64,000 nt of DNA from Waterburya sp. (GTDB lineage Bacteria; Cyanobacteriota; Cyanobacteriia; Cyanobacteriales; Xenococcaceae): assembly GCA_965217895.1 (NCBI GenBank), contig CBDCJV010000002.1, forward strand, positions 768,001-832,000, read 5' to 3'. A program made the position numbers and the translations under genes. The number at the start of each line of letters is the position of its first letter. Position 1 is the first letter of the stretch. The notes below the pieces were generated by a model. That model worked only from the letters and a program-made list of their open reading frames with translations. It had not been told where the DNA came from and searched no databases. Of the stretch, positions 9,115 to 19,053 are shown piece by piece.

Positions 9115-11673
9115 GTGGAGTCACGATATAACGCAGCCGAAATAGAACAAAAATGGCAACAGCAATGGCAAGAATCGGCAATTTACAAAACCTCTGAGCA
9201 GAATGAGCAACCTAAATTTTATGCTCTTTCTATGTTTCCCTACCCTTCGGGAAACTTACACATGGGTCATGTCCGTAACTATGTAATTACTGACGTGATT
9301 GCTCGTTTTAAGAGAATGCAGGGTTATCGAGTGCTGCATCCTATGGGTTGGGATGCTTTTGGTTTACCCGCCGAAAATGCGGCTATTGATCGCAGTATTC
9401 CGCCTGCAAAATGGACATTGCAAAACATTGCTCAAATGCGCCAGCAGCTAAAGCAACTAGGGCTTTCTATTGACTGGGATCGAGAAGTTGCTACTTGTTC
9501 TCCTGACTATTATCGATGGACACAGTGGCTGTTTCTTCAGTTTCTTGATGCGGGATTGGCTTATCAAAAAGAGGCTGCTGTTAACTGGGATCCTATCGAT
9601 CAAACAGTACTTGCCAACGAACAGGTAGATAATGAAGGGCGTTCTTGGCGTTCTGGAGCAATAGTCGAGCGTAAACTACTTAAGCAATGGTTTTTTAAGA
9701 TCACGGACTATGCTGAAAAACTACTGCAAGATTTGGATCGGCTAGAAGGTTGGCCAGAAAGAGTCAAAACTATGCAGGCTAACTGGATTGGCAAATCTGT
9801 CGGAGCTTATTTAGAATTTTCTATTGTCGATCGCGACGACAAAATTGCTGTGTTTACCACTCGCCCAGATACAGTATACGGCGTTACCTATATCGTTCTT
9901 GCGCCCGAACATCCTCTAACTCCTAAAGTGACTACAGCAGAACAAAAAGAGGCAGTAGAGGCGTTCATCGAAGAGATTAAACAACAAAGCGAAATTGAAA
10001 GAACAGCAGAAGATAAACCCAAACGGGGGATTTTGACTGGAGGCAAAGCGATTAATCCCTTCAATGGTGAAGAAGTACCAATTTTGATTGCTGACTATGT
10101 TCTCTATGAATATGGTACGGGGGCAGTAATGGGTGTTCCCGCCCACGATGTCAGGGATTTTAAATTTGCGACAGAAAAAGGTTTGCCGATTAAAACCGTT
10201 GTTGTCCCCGAAAACGTAGGGGCGAATGGTTATTCGCCCTCCGACGCATATACCGATCCTGGAACAATTGTTAATTCAGGACAATTTGACGGGATACCCT
10301 CTCTTGAAGGGAAAACCAAAATTATTGAATATGCCGAACAAAAAGGCTATGGTAAGGCTCGTGTACAGTATCGCTTAAGAGATTGGTTGATTTCTCGCCA
10401 GAGATATTGGGGTTGTCCTATTCCTGTAATTCATTGTGATGATTGCGGTACTGTACCTGTACCAGATAAGGATCTTCCTGTTGAATTACCCGAATCTGTG
10501 GAATTATCTGGACGAGGAGGTTCGCCTTTAGCTCAATTAGATAGCTGGATTAATGTAGCTTGTCCTTGTTGTGGTCAACCTGCAAAACGGGAAACCGATA
10601 CGATGGATACTTTTATTGATTCTTCTTGGTATTTTCTCCGCTTCAGTGATGCTAATAATACTGATATGGCTTTTGCTAAAGATAAAGTCAATGATTGGCT
10701 TCCTGTGGATCAATACGTAGGCGGAATTGAACACGCAATTTTACATTTACTTTATTCTCGCTTCTTTACTAAAGTATTGCGAGATAGGGGTTTGCTTAAT
10801 TTTGATGAGCCATTTAAACGCTTGCTCACTCAGGGAATGGTGCAGGGATTAACTTACAAAAATCCTCAAACTAATAAGTACATTCCCTTGGTAAATATCG
10901 ATCGCCATAATCCTCAAGATCCAGAGACAGGAGATAAGCTAGAGGTTTTCTTTGAGAAGATGTCTAAATCTAAATACAATGGTGTAGCACCTGAAGATGT
11001 GATTGCCCAATACGGTGTAGATACAGCCAGAATGTTTGCTCTATTTAAAGCTCCACCAGAGAAAGATTTAGAATGGGATGAGGCTGATGTTGAAGGACAA
11101 TTTCGCTTTTTAAATCGGGTTTGGTCTTTGGTGACTAGCTATGATCCAAGTGGCGTTACTGAGATATCGGCAGAACTAACTAAAGCTGAAAAAGATTTAC
11201 GACGAGCGATTCACACTGCCATCAAAGAGATTTCTGAAGATTTAACTGGAGATTACCAGTTTAATACGGCGGTTTCGGAGTTGATGAAGTTGAGCAATGC
11301 TTTAAAAGATGCCAAGTGCAATACTTCTCTAGTTTATCAAGAGGGAATTGAAGCCTTAGTTCTTTTGCTTGCTCCTTTTGCACCTCATATTGCTGAGGAA
11401 TTATGGAGTCACTTAGGTAATATTGAATCTGTTCATAAACAACAATGGCGCGAGGTAGATTCTTCTGCTTTAGAGGTAGATGAAATCACCCTAGTAGTAC
11501 AGATTATGGGCAAAACTCGCGGTACAATTCAAGTGCCTGCTGGCTCTGATAAAGTAGCCTTAGAAAAATATGCCACAGAATCGGAGATTGCCCAGCGTTA
11601 TATAGAGGGAAAAGAAATTAAAAAAGTAATTGTCGTACCTAACAAGCTGGTTAATTTTGTAGTAGCAAAATAG
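9115..11673 (+). CDS. leuS: Leucine-tRNA ligase
   Basis: MFPYPSG.LHMGH, KMSKS, editing-domain TTRPDT and [12 protein letters not shown]. Confidence 0.98.
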   Translation: MESRYNAAEIEQKWQQQWQESAIYKTSEQNEQPKFYALSMFPYPSGNLHMGHVRNYVITDVIARFKRMQGYRVLHPMGWDAFGLPAENAAIDRSIPPAKWTLQNIAQMRQQLKQLGLSIDWDREVATCSPDYYRWTQWLFLQFLDAGLAYQKEAAVNWDPIDQTVLANEQVDNEGRSWRSGAIVERKLLKQWFFKITDYAEKLLQDLDRLEGWPERVKTMQANWIGKSVGAYLEFSIVDRDDKIAVFTTRPDTVYGVTYIVLAPEHPLTPKVTTAEQKEAVEAFIEEIKQQSEIERTAEDKPKRGILTGGKAINPFNGEEVPILIADYVLYEYGTGAVMGVPAHDVRDFKFATEKGLPIKTVVVPENVGANGYSPSDAYTDPGTIVNSGQFDGIPSLEGKTKIIEYAEQKGYGKARVQYRLRDWLISRQRYWGCPIPVIHCDDCGTVPVPDKDLPVELPESVELSGRGGSPLAQLDSWINVACPCCGQPAKRETDTMDTFIDSSWYFLRFSDANNTDMAFAKDKVNDWLPVDQYVGGIEHAILHLLYSRFFTKVLRDRGLLNFDEPFKRLLTQGMVQGLTYKNPQTNKYIPLVNIDRHNPQDPETGDKLEVFFEKMSKSKYNGVAPEDVIAQYGVDTARMFALFKAPPEKDLEWDEADVEGQFRFLNRVWSLVTSYDPSGVTEISAELTKAEKDLRRAIHTAIKEISEDLTGDYQFNTAVSELMKLSNALKDAKCNTSLVYQEGIEALVLLLAPFAPHIAEELWSHLGNIESVHKQQWREVDSSALEVDEITLVVQIMGKTRGTIQVPAGSDKVALEKYATESEIAQRYIEGKEIKKVIVVPNKLVNFVVAK
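10216..10240 (+). repeat. GTAG-type REP-like palindrome within leuS
   Basis: GTAG-GGGCGAAT-GGTT-ATTCGCCC; related intergenic copies at about 18863 and 39753. Confidence 0.6.
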
Positions 11674-11816
11674 TATCGACTATGGCGATACTGATAGCTA
11701 GACATTTCGATTTATAGAGTTATAGAGTTGTTGTATTTCGTAAGCTGCGTCGTATGATTTGTCCTCAAATGGAGGCTTGAGGTGACTGTCGAGGGCGGGG
11801 ATAGGGAGGTTTCCTC

Positions 11817-11858
11817 GTAACCATCGCTACAAAATCTTCTCAATGCCTCTGCTAGCCT
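11817..11858 (+). promoter_or_regulatory. NtcA-activated (class II) promoter
   Basis: GTA-ACCATCGC-TAC (11817-11830), 22-nt spacer, then TAGCCT (TAN3T) at 11853. Confidence 0.85.
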
Positions 11859-11898
11859 TATGCGTATGGCAACTTTCCTTAAATTTAATGAGGCAAAA

Positions 11899-12672
11899 GT
11901 GATTTCAGCACATATATCGATAGTTGAAAGCAATCCTCACTTGCGATCGCTATTAGGTTGGCATTTACAACAATCAGGATACACTGTCAGCCAGTCGGCT
12001 AGTTTGCAACAGGGTCGAGATGCTTTTTACAAACATCATCCAACATTGGTCATTGTGGACTCTGATTTGCCTGATGGAGATGGGCTAGAACTATCCCACT
12101 GGCTATATGAACAGCAGACATCTCTGATTCTTTTGCTATCGGCTCGTGATACTGAACAAGATATTGTCAGAGGGTTAAAAACTGGTGCTGACGACTATCT
12201 AACTAAGCCCTTTGGGATGCAGGAATTTTTGGCAAGGGTCGAAGCTTTGGTAAGAAGAATGCGTACAACTACTGCTGTTCCTTTGTCGATGGAGTGTAAA
12301 GATCTAAAAATAGATTTGGCACAACGGCGGGTAGAGCTTCGAGGTAACTTTATTGAACTGACACCTCAAGAATTTAGTTTGCTCTATGTCTTAGCTCAAG
12401 CGGAAGGAAATCCTTTAAGCCGTTCAGAACTATTACAGCGTGCATGGCCTGAAGCTATTGATAACCCGCGCACGGTGGACACTCACGTGCTTTCTCTACG
12501 CAAAAAAATCGAGTTTAATCCTCGACAACCACATATTATTCAGACCGTCAGAAATGTAGGCTATCGTTTTAATCCTGAATTAATTGACAATGGCGTTAAT
12601 TCGTCTGAAACGGATACAGATATAACAGTGCTGCCTGCTTCTAACCTGACTCGTTTTCCTAGCAGCATTTAA
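11899..12672 (+). CDS. nrrA: OmpR-family nitrogen-regulated response regulator NrrA
   Basis: IVESNPHLRSLLGWHLQQ N-terminus characteristic of NrrA/Rre37; OmpR winged helix; GTG start after GAGG; NtcA box upstream. Confidence 0.85.
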   Translation: MISAHISIVESNPHLRSLLGWHLQQSGYTVSQSASLQQGRDAFYKHHPTLVIVDSDLPDGDGLELSHWLYEQQTSLILLLSARDTEQDIVRGLKTGADDYLTKPFGMQEFLARVEALVRRMRTTTAVPLSMECKDLKIDLAQRRVELRGNFIELTPQEFSLLYVLAQAEGNPLSRSELLQRAWPEAIDNPRTVDTHVLSLRKKIEFNPRQPHIIQTVRNVGYRFNPELIDNGVNSSETDTDITVLPASNLTRFPSSI

Positions 12673-12701
12673 CTTTTTAAAACTAAATATTTTATTTTCT
12701 G

Positions 12702-12890
12702 CTAATTGGCACGAGAACGAGAACTTGATTGTGAGCTACTACTAGAGCTGCTGTTGGTCACGCTTACCGAAATATTCTGTTCGACCCTATTTTGATTGTC
12801 GGCAGAAGTTGCAGCACTGCTGGTTGCTTCGGCAACAGCTTTGCCGTCGGAGGAAACAATCTTTTGCTTAATAACTCTGTATTTAGTCAT
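12702..12890 (-). CDS. Small Ser-rich hypothetical protein
   Basis: 62-aa ORF with poly-Ser tail, 56 bp downstream of the glycosyltransferase on the same strand. Confidence 0.65.
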   Translation of the reverse strand: MTKYRVIKQKIVSSDGKAVAEATSSAATSADNQNRVEQNISVSVTNSSSSSSSQSSSRSRAN

Positions 12891-12946
12891 GGTTTAGTTT
12901 TGAATAACAACAATTGAGTGATGGATATAAACTTGAATTTTTTTAT

Positions 12947-15900
12947 TTAAGCAGTTTCTTGACTAATCGCCCTGTCTCGATAATTAAGTAGACTACGAGC
13001 TATATTAACTAGAATACTTGCTTCTGGATCGGACTCAACATTCAACAAAGCTAGCTTGTGTAACAGAGTGTTAGTCTGTTGTAACCAGAGTGATAGCTGA
13101 GAAATAGCTTCGGGTGAATTATCTATTTTAAGAGCTTCTTTAATTAAACATAAAGCCCCTGCAAAATTGCCAATTTTAAGAGGAATATTAGCGCGATTTA
13201 AACACCAGTCAAAGTGAAAAGCGCGAGATCTGGCTGTTATTTCTGCTCGATGCTCAGGAGGTAGATAGCTTGCAGAAATTTCAATGGCGCGACGATGAGC
13301 CACTCCCGAAGATCCATTCATATTTTCAGCTACAGTGATGCTGTTGGCTTGTTCTCGATAGTGAGCTAAGATTCCAGGCTCATACCACCAGTCATAAAAA
13401 GTTGCTACCCGCTTATAAAATTCCCAATCGCAAGTATAGAGTAAATCTAGCTTATAGCCTCCCAGCTTTTCATAAGCAGTCCGCCGAATAACTAACGAGG
13501 GTGGACTAAGGGTGCAAGAAACTCCAATGCGTAAGATCCAGTCGGCAACAATACCACGATGATTTCCTAAGTCATGTTGCTGAGAGAAGACAACTTGACG
13601 GGACTCATTGATGTTTTCATAACCAGTAAAAGCTGCGCCAACTGATTCTGGACTAGTTACCAAACTTGCTTTAAGTCGAGCGTAAAACCCTGGCAGAACA
13701 TAATCGTCATGATGCAGCAAATGAATCCACTGACCCCGACAGAGGGATACTGCCGTATTCCAATTTTCTGGTAATGATACTGTTTTGGGAAATCGATAGT
13801 AACGAATAATTCCCTTACCTAAATAGTCGGGAATCTGCCATTGAGGTGGGTTGCTGCCGTTATCGAGAACGATAATTTCCATTTCCTCCGTCCACTGAGC
13901 AAGAACACTAGCAAGACATTCTGGGAAATATTCGGGGCGGTTGACAACAGGAATTACAACGCTCCAGAACGGTCTTTTGGCTTCGGGTTTAGGTACAGGA
14001 GAAATTGCTGGAAACTGATAGTCGCCAATAGTCACCTCGCCTTGAGGAATTTCAGGGACACTAAAGCTATCAACAAATGTGGCGACTTCTGCTGAGGATT
14101 CTATAGCTTGAGCATAGTCAGAATTAATTAGCTTTAATCCGAGTTTAAAGTTTAACTTAGCTTGGCTCAAGTCTCCTAGATCTTGATAGATCTGACCCAG
14201 GTTATAGTAGGCAGATCCGCAATCAGGGTCTAACTGTAAAACTCTTTGATAGCAAGCAAGTGACTTAGTTAACTTTCTCTGTTGTTGCAGCACTAGACCT
14301 AGATGATAGTGGGCATCTACCAGTTCGGGCTGCATTAAAATTGCCTGACGGTAATAAGTGGCAGCAGTTTCCCAGTCTTGGACTTGGTGGCGACTTAAGC
14401 CTAATTTGTAGTTCAGCTTGGCATAATTGATCTGTTTTTGAGCAGATAGCTTACCTTGAGCATAAAGTGCATTACCCCAGTTAACATCGGCTGCGATACA
14501 TTCTGGCTCAATCTCTAAAGCTTGCTGATAACAGGCTGCTGCTGCCGACCAGTTGCCCTGCTGTTGCAGTACATAACCTAAATTGTTGCATATAGGTGCA
14601 GAATCTGGTCGCAGTTTCAAAGCCTGTCGATAAGCCAGTTCTGCTGATTGATATTGACCTTGACTTTGATGCAAATTACCTAAACCAAACCAAGCCTGGA
14701 GAAATTTGGGCTGTACTTTTACCGCAGCACTGAGATATTTTTCTGCTGCTTCTGGGCGATCGCTTTTTGCCAATATGCCCAGTCTATATAAGGCTTCAGG
14801 ATGTTGAGGTTGAGCTGTTATAACTTGCAGATATTCCTGTCGTGCTGCTTCTAAACGATTTGCTCGTTGATGCTGTACACCTAATTGAAAAGCCTGGGCG
14901 ACTTTAGCATCATCAAATCTTCTTGGTTTGTCAACTATCTGAAACAGAAAATCTTCTAACGCTCTGATTGGCATTAAATCTCCATAGAGCTTATGTTTGT
15001 TGAGGGCAATTCGTTGAGCAATATGCCGACGATAACCAGCATCCTGAGCCAAACGCACCGCAATCTGGATATATTCATCTTTGCTTTGAGCGATGGTTTC
15101 TTCTACACCGATCATTTTGAGGAATGCTAGAGTATGTCGCCCCCGCATTTGCTGAGCAGCAAGAGTGACTATCGGTAAATTATGAGTCATACATTCTAGG
15201 GTCGTATTGCAGCCAGACCAACCAATGTTATCTAAAAATATATCGGCGATCGCGCCTACGCCCACAAAGCTTTCTGCATATAAACGGGGCAAGAATATGC
15301 AGTAGTCTCGATCATCTAAATCAAACTGTTCAAAAGCATCTGCCAATCGCTGACGGAATATACTGGTGGCAAATTCGCTTTCGAGCTTGATAAAGACAAA
15401 TTTGGCATGACCTAATTTTTGGGCAAGACGCGGAAAAACATCATCATGCTGCGGTAAATATTTAAACAAAGATTGACAGCACCAAAACATGATTTCGTTG
15501 TTTTGTACACCAAGATCTTCTTTCCTAACTGCTTCAGGTCGAATTGATATAGGCTGATAACAGATACCCAGGTTGGGCAATCTAATTAACTTTTCGGTGT
15601 AGTGTGACTGAGCAGCTTCTGGCTCCATTAGATCGCTGCTGAGGTAATAATCAATTGTGGGCATTCCACTGGTGTTTGGATGCCCCCAAGAGGTGATTTG
15701 AATAGGAGCTAGTCTTAAGCAACCTAATTGAACCGTCAGGGAGTTCATGCCAAATTCAGGAAAAATCAGCACCTGTAAATTGTCTGAGGCGATTTTCTCT
15801 GCCCATCGATCTACGCAGAAATGATGGTGTTCAAATCGATCGAAGGCTTTAGCCGCGATCGCCGTTTCGCGATCGCTAATGTTGCCCGTATAGTAACCAA

Positions 15901-16504
15901 ATAACTCAAATTCACTACGGTCTATATTTTCAATCCAGCCTTTTAAGGGAATTTTCCAGACTGAATGGTGATGAAAAAAACCAGAAACAAAACCGATGCG
16001 AATTTTTTGCTCCGCAGGCAATTTCGACGGTGGCAGTGCTTGACACCATTGAGGATAGCGACTTGCCATCAAGCGACAAATCATTTCTCCGTAAGTCCGC
16101 TGTAGGTCTTTGTCGTTCAGCCCCTGATAAGGCAATAAAAAAGGCTGAGCTGAACCTGCTGCCTCTCCTGCCTTGGCTCGCTCTTGTTCGCTGGCTGCTT
16201 GGTAACTATCAGCTAAGTCGGCTAAACAGCGTTGATAATTATTGCGTCTTAAGTTGATTTCTTCTCGATTAGCATAGATTGTGGGCAGTTGAGCCATGGT
16301 TATGCCAAATTTAGCTAGATGATAGTTCGGCTTTAGAGCGATCGCTTTCTGATAAGTGGCGATCGCATCAACCATCTTGCCCTGCTGGGTCAATAAATTT
16401 CCTAAATCGTTATATGTTTCTGCTGATTTAGGTTCAGTGTTTGAAGGTTCTTGAAAAGTTGTCATGACCCGTTTTAGATTAGGTATAAAAATGCTTGAAA
16501 ACAA
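12947..16504 (-). CDS. TPR protein with SPINDLY/OGT-like (GT41) domain, central TPR array and C-terminal GT2 domain
   Basis: IRIGFVSGFFHHHSVW and WGHPNTSGMPTIDYYLS (SPY-like); multiple TPRs; SVVIPVVNRPEYFPECLASVLAQ..LDNGS..LHHDD (GT-A/GT2); true start may be a later ATG (MTTFQ). Confidence 0.85.
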   Translation of the reverse strand: MFSSIFIPNLKRVMTTFQEPSNTEPKSAETYNDLGNLLTQQGKMVDAIATYQKAIALKPNYHLAKFGITMAQLPTIYANREEINLRRNNYQRCLADLADSYQAASEQERAKAGEAAGSAQPFLLPYQGLNDKDLQRTYGEMICRLMASRYPQWCQALPPSKLPAEQKIRIGFVSGFFHHHSVWKIPLKGWIENIDRSEFELFGYYTGNISDRETAIAAKAFDRFEHHHFCVDRWAEKIASDNLQVLIFPEFGMNSLTVQLGCLRLAPIQITSWGHPNTSGMPTIDYYLSSDLMEPEAAQSHYTEKLIRLPNLGICYQPISIRPEAVRKEDLGVQNNEIMFWCCQSLFKYLPQHDDVFPRLAQKLGHAKFVFIKLESEFATSIFRQRLADAFEQFDLDDRDYCIFLPRLYAESFVGVGAIADIFLDNIGWSGCNTTLECMTHNLPIVTLAAQQMRGRHTLAFLKMIGVEETIAQSKDEYIQIAVRLAQDAGYRRHIAQRIALNKHKLYGDLMPIRALEDFLFQIVDKPRRFDDAKVAQAFQLGVQHQRANRLEAARQEYLQVITAQPQHPEALYRLGILAKSDRPEAAEKYLSAAVKVQPKFLQAWFGLGNLHQSQGQYQSAELAYRQALKLRPDSAPICNNLGYVLQQQGNWSAAAACYQQALEIEPECIAADVNWGNALYAQGKLSAQKQINYAKLNYKLGLSRHQVQDWETAATYYRQAILMQPELVDAHYHLGLVLQQQRKLTKSLACYQRVLQLDPDCGSAYYNLGQIYQDLGDLSQAKLNFKLGLKLINSDYAQAIESSAEVATFVDSFSVPEIPQGEVTIGDYQFPAISPVPKPEAKRPFWSVVIPVVNRPEYFPECLASVLAQWTEEMEIIVLDNGSNPPQWQIPDYLGKGIIRYYRFPKTVSLPENWNTAVSLCRGQWIHLLHHDDYVLPGFYARLKASLVTSPESVGAAFTGYENINESRQVVFSQQHDLGNHRGIVADWILRIGVSCTLSPPSLVIRRTAYEKLGGYKLDLLYTCDWEFYKRVATFYDWWYEPGILAHYREQANSITVAENMNGSSGVAHRRAIEISASYLPPEHRAEITARSRAFHFDWCLNRANIPLKIGNFAGALCLIKEALKIDNSPEAISQLSLWLQQTNTLLHKLALLNVESDPEASILVNIARSLLNYRDRAISQETA

Positions 16505-16866
16505 ATTTATTGCAACTTAAAAACAAAAATATTACGACTGAATAATGTTTTATACTTATTGAATGTTAGTCATTCCGTAGCTAAACCGAGGGATAACTTG
16601 ATTAAAATAGATTATTTTAAATTGCGCTTTTAACGGTTTTAATAATCTCAAACTGCAAAATTCTACTTGATATTTTCAATCAAATATCAGGAAATTAGGG
16701 CAATTGCCAAAAGTCCCTTAATGGAGCAGTTTTCAAGATCTAAAACTCATATAACTGTTATTAGGTGAATAGGGGGAATTTTTGAGCAAGCCCTAAATAA
16801 ACTCTCTTAAATCTACTGTTCCCATGAACATCGATCGACAATCAACAGTGCTACCGCTTAGACCGC

Positions 16867-17187
16867 TTAGACTATAGAAATACTGGTACTTTGATCTGTA
16901 GCCACGGTGCTATAGCGATCTAGACCGTATACTGTTCCATATCCTACGCCATAACCCGCAGTATAGCCAAAACCAGGATAGCCTTGATTAATCAAGTTAA
17001 CTCCAGTTGTGGCTATAGCTTGGCTGTAATCGCCCGATCCTACTGCTGATGCAGAAGCATAAACTGCGCCATCCGTTGCACTAGTACTTGTTGTCGCCGA
17101 AGCTGATGCACCTCCTCTAATAGCAAAATCGCTTTTTCGCTCCTCTTCCTTAAAAGAGTTAATGAATTCTAAATCATGAATAAACAT
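16867..17187 (-). CDS. Double-glycine-leader precursor B (26-aa leader plus 80-aa Ser/Thr/Gly/Tyr-rich core)
   Basis: MFIHDLEFINSF...IRGG|ASASATTSTS...; GAGG RBS; next to the C39 exporter locus. Confidence 0.8.
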   Translation of the reverse strand: MFIHDLEFINSFKEEERKSDFAIRGGASASATTSTSATDGAVYASASAVGSGDYSQAIATTGVNLINQGYPGFGYTAGYGVGYGTVYGLDRYSTVATDQSTSISIV

Positions 17188-17585
17188 AGCTAAATAGCCT
17201 CAAGAAAACTTTAAAATTAGTTTGAAATTGAAAGGAATCTAACAATTAACAAATAGGTATTGCTGAAGGTTACGAACATCCCTCAATATGATTTCACACA
17301 TCAAAGTAAGTTCAATATTTAGACATGACCAACGACCAGTCTAATTCTCCTTCAACAACACCAAAAATTAATATTTTGCTAATTTATTAGACTTAATAGC
17401 TAACAACAACATCTTGATTACAAAACATATTGTTATTATTTGTTTTGCTCTGAGACTTACGTTGATATTTTAATAGCAAAGGAAATAATTGATCGAACTA
17501 TGATAAACTATGTCAATATTTCAAGTCAAAACTATTATAAAATTATCACCGTTTCTTCGTGTTGCTAGCCTAGCCTACTATACTT

Positions 17586-17816
17586 TTAGTAGTAGTAACC
17601 GTAATTTGAAGCACTAGCACTAGAGCTAGAACCAGCAATACTAACACCAGCATTGGCATCTGCTACAGTATAGGTATTGGTGTAAGCACTAGTGTATTGT
17701 CCATAAGCTTGTGATTGACCATTAGCATAAGCATTTGCTGAAGTACCATAGTAGTAACCACCTTGTACTTCTGAAGTGTCAACTGATTCGATGTACTGTA
17801 AGTCAGAAATAATCAT
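17586..17816 (-). CDS. Double-glycine-leader precursor A (20-aa leader plus 56-aa core)
   Basis: ATG at 17816 after GAGG; MIISDLQYIESVDTSEVQGG|YYYGTSANAY...NYGYYY. Confidence 0.8.
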   Translation of the reverse strand: MIISDLQYIESVDTSEVQGGYYYGTSANAYANGQSQAYGQYTSAYTNTYTVADANAGVSIAGSSSSASASNYGYYY

Positions 17817-18085
17817 CTTTTTTTCCTCGTGTTTGTTCAATATGTTTGAATAATTGTTTATGGAAACTATGTTTCGTTTCCATGTATCTAACATAACTTG
17901 TTCAAAATTTGATATGTTGCCAAATTGGCATTTATATTTGGTTAAAACCAATAATCATATTTATATAGAGCATTAAATCTTAAAAATAGTAGAAAATGTG
18001 GGCTGTATAACTAATTGCTCAGTCAAAAAAATCTACTATCAAGCATAAGCCAATTATTTTAGACAAGTATCTCAGCCAAGGAACA

Positions 18086-18826
18086 ATGGTCAAATTTGAA
18101 AGTTTAGAAATTGCCACAGCCGAAATTGAGGAACATCTCAAACAAGAGTTAAAGCTCAAGCAAATTTGTTGTGAAATTTTGCACCAAAAGATTGTAGCAG
18201 AAGCTGCCTCCTCCAAAAATATTGTCGTCACCGAGCAAGAAATTGAGGCTGAAGCCAATCAAATTCGCTCTTTGCTGCGACTGGAAAAGGCATCTGACAC
18301 CCTGGCTTGGCTAAAGGACAATCTGCTCAATCCAGATGGTTGGGAAATAGCAATTAACAATCATCTTCTAGCGAATAAACTAGCCAAAAATCTGTTTGAT
18401 TCCCAGGTAGAAGCTCATTTTGCCCAAAATCGCCTAAATTTTGATCGCTTTGTACTTTACCAGCTTATAGTTCCTTATGAAAAGCTGGCTCAAGAACTTT
18501 TTTATCAAATAGAGGAAGAAGAAATAAGCTTTTATCAAGCAGCTCATCTTTATGATGTTGATGAGCAACGTCGATACGTATGTGGTTATGAGGGAAAAGT
18601 ACATCGCTGGAATTATCCACCAGACATCGCTGCTGCTATATTTACAACTCCAATTGCCATCGGCGAAATAATTGGACCTATTAAATCAGAACAAGGCTAT
18701 CATTTGTTCAAAATTGAAGACTATATTCCCGCCCAACTAACGCCTAGAATACGCCAGGAGATTATCGACCGGCTCTTTAGCCAATGGCTAGACAGTGAAT
18801 TGAACTATATGATTCATCGAAATTAA
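18086..18826 (+). CDS. PpiC/parvulin-like (SurA-type) peptidyl-prolyl isomerase / foldase
   Basis: LAQELFYQIEEEEISFYQAAHLY and GEIIGPIKSEQGYHLFKI motifs; a usual partner of cyanobacterial peptidase exporters. Confidence 0.85.
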   Translation: MVKFESLEIATAEIEEHLKQELKLKQICCEILHQKIVAEAASSKNIVVTEQEIEAEANQIRSLLRLEKASDTLAWLKDNLLNPDGWEIAINNHLLANKLAKNLFDSQVEAHFAQNRLNFDRFVLYQLIVPYEKLAQELFYQIEEEEISFYQAAHLYDVDEQRRYVCGYEGKVHRWNYPPDIAAAIFTTPIAIGEIIGPIKSEQGYHLFKIEDYIPAQLTPRIRQEIIDRLFSQWLDSELNYMIHRN

Positions 18827-18862
18827 GTATCATCCCAGTAAATATCGCAGTAAATGATTAGC

Positions 18863-18967
18863 TAGGGGCGAATGGTGAGGCAGTTGCGGTGGGTCGAGAC
18901 CCCGCGTCGCCGTCAGGCGCAAGGGAATGCTTTCCGATGTCGAACCCGAAGGGCTGTTTGCCCATAC
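18863..18967. repeat. REP-like arms enclosing nested small dispersed repeat modules
   Basis: TAGGGGCGAAT...TTTGCCCATAC; internal modules shared with 34485-34522. Confidence 0.6.
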
Positions 18968-19053
18968 AGTACTAAGTGTCATAAAAAAGAGTGCGTATTA
19001 CTTCTGCTATATAAATTTGTTGTTAGAGGTAAAACTTAAAATTTCAGGCTGAA

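Noticed and set aside
17817..17951. N-terminal extension of the 121-aa ORF
   Set aside because: AT-rich promoter-like DNA; the RBS and leader similarity point to ATG 17816
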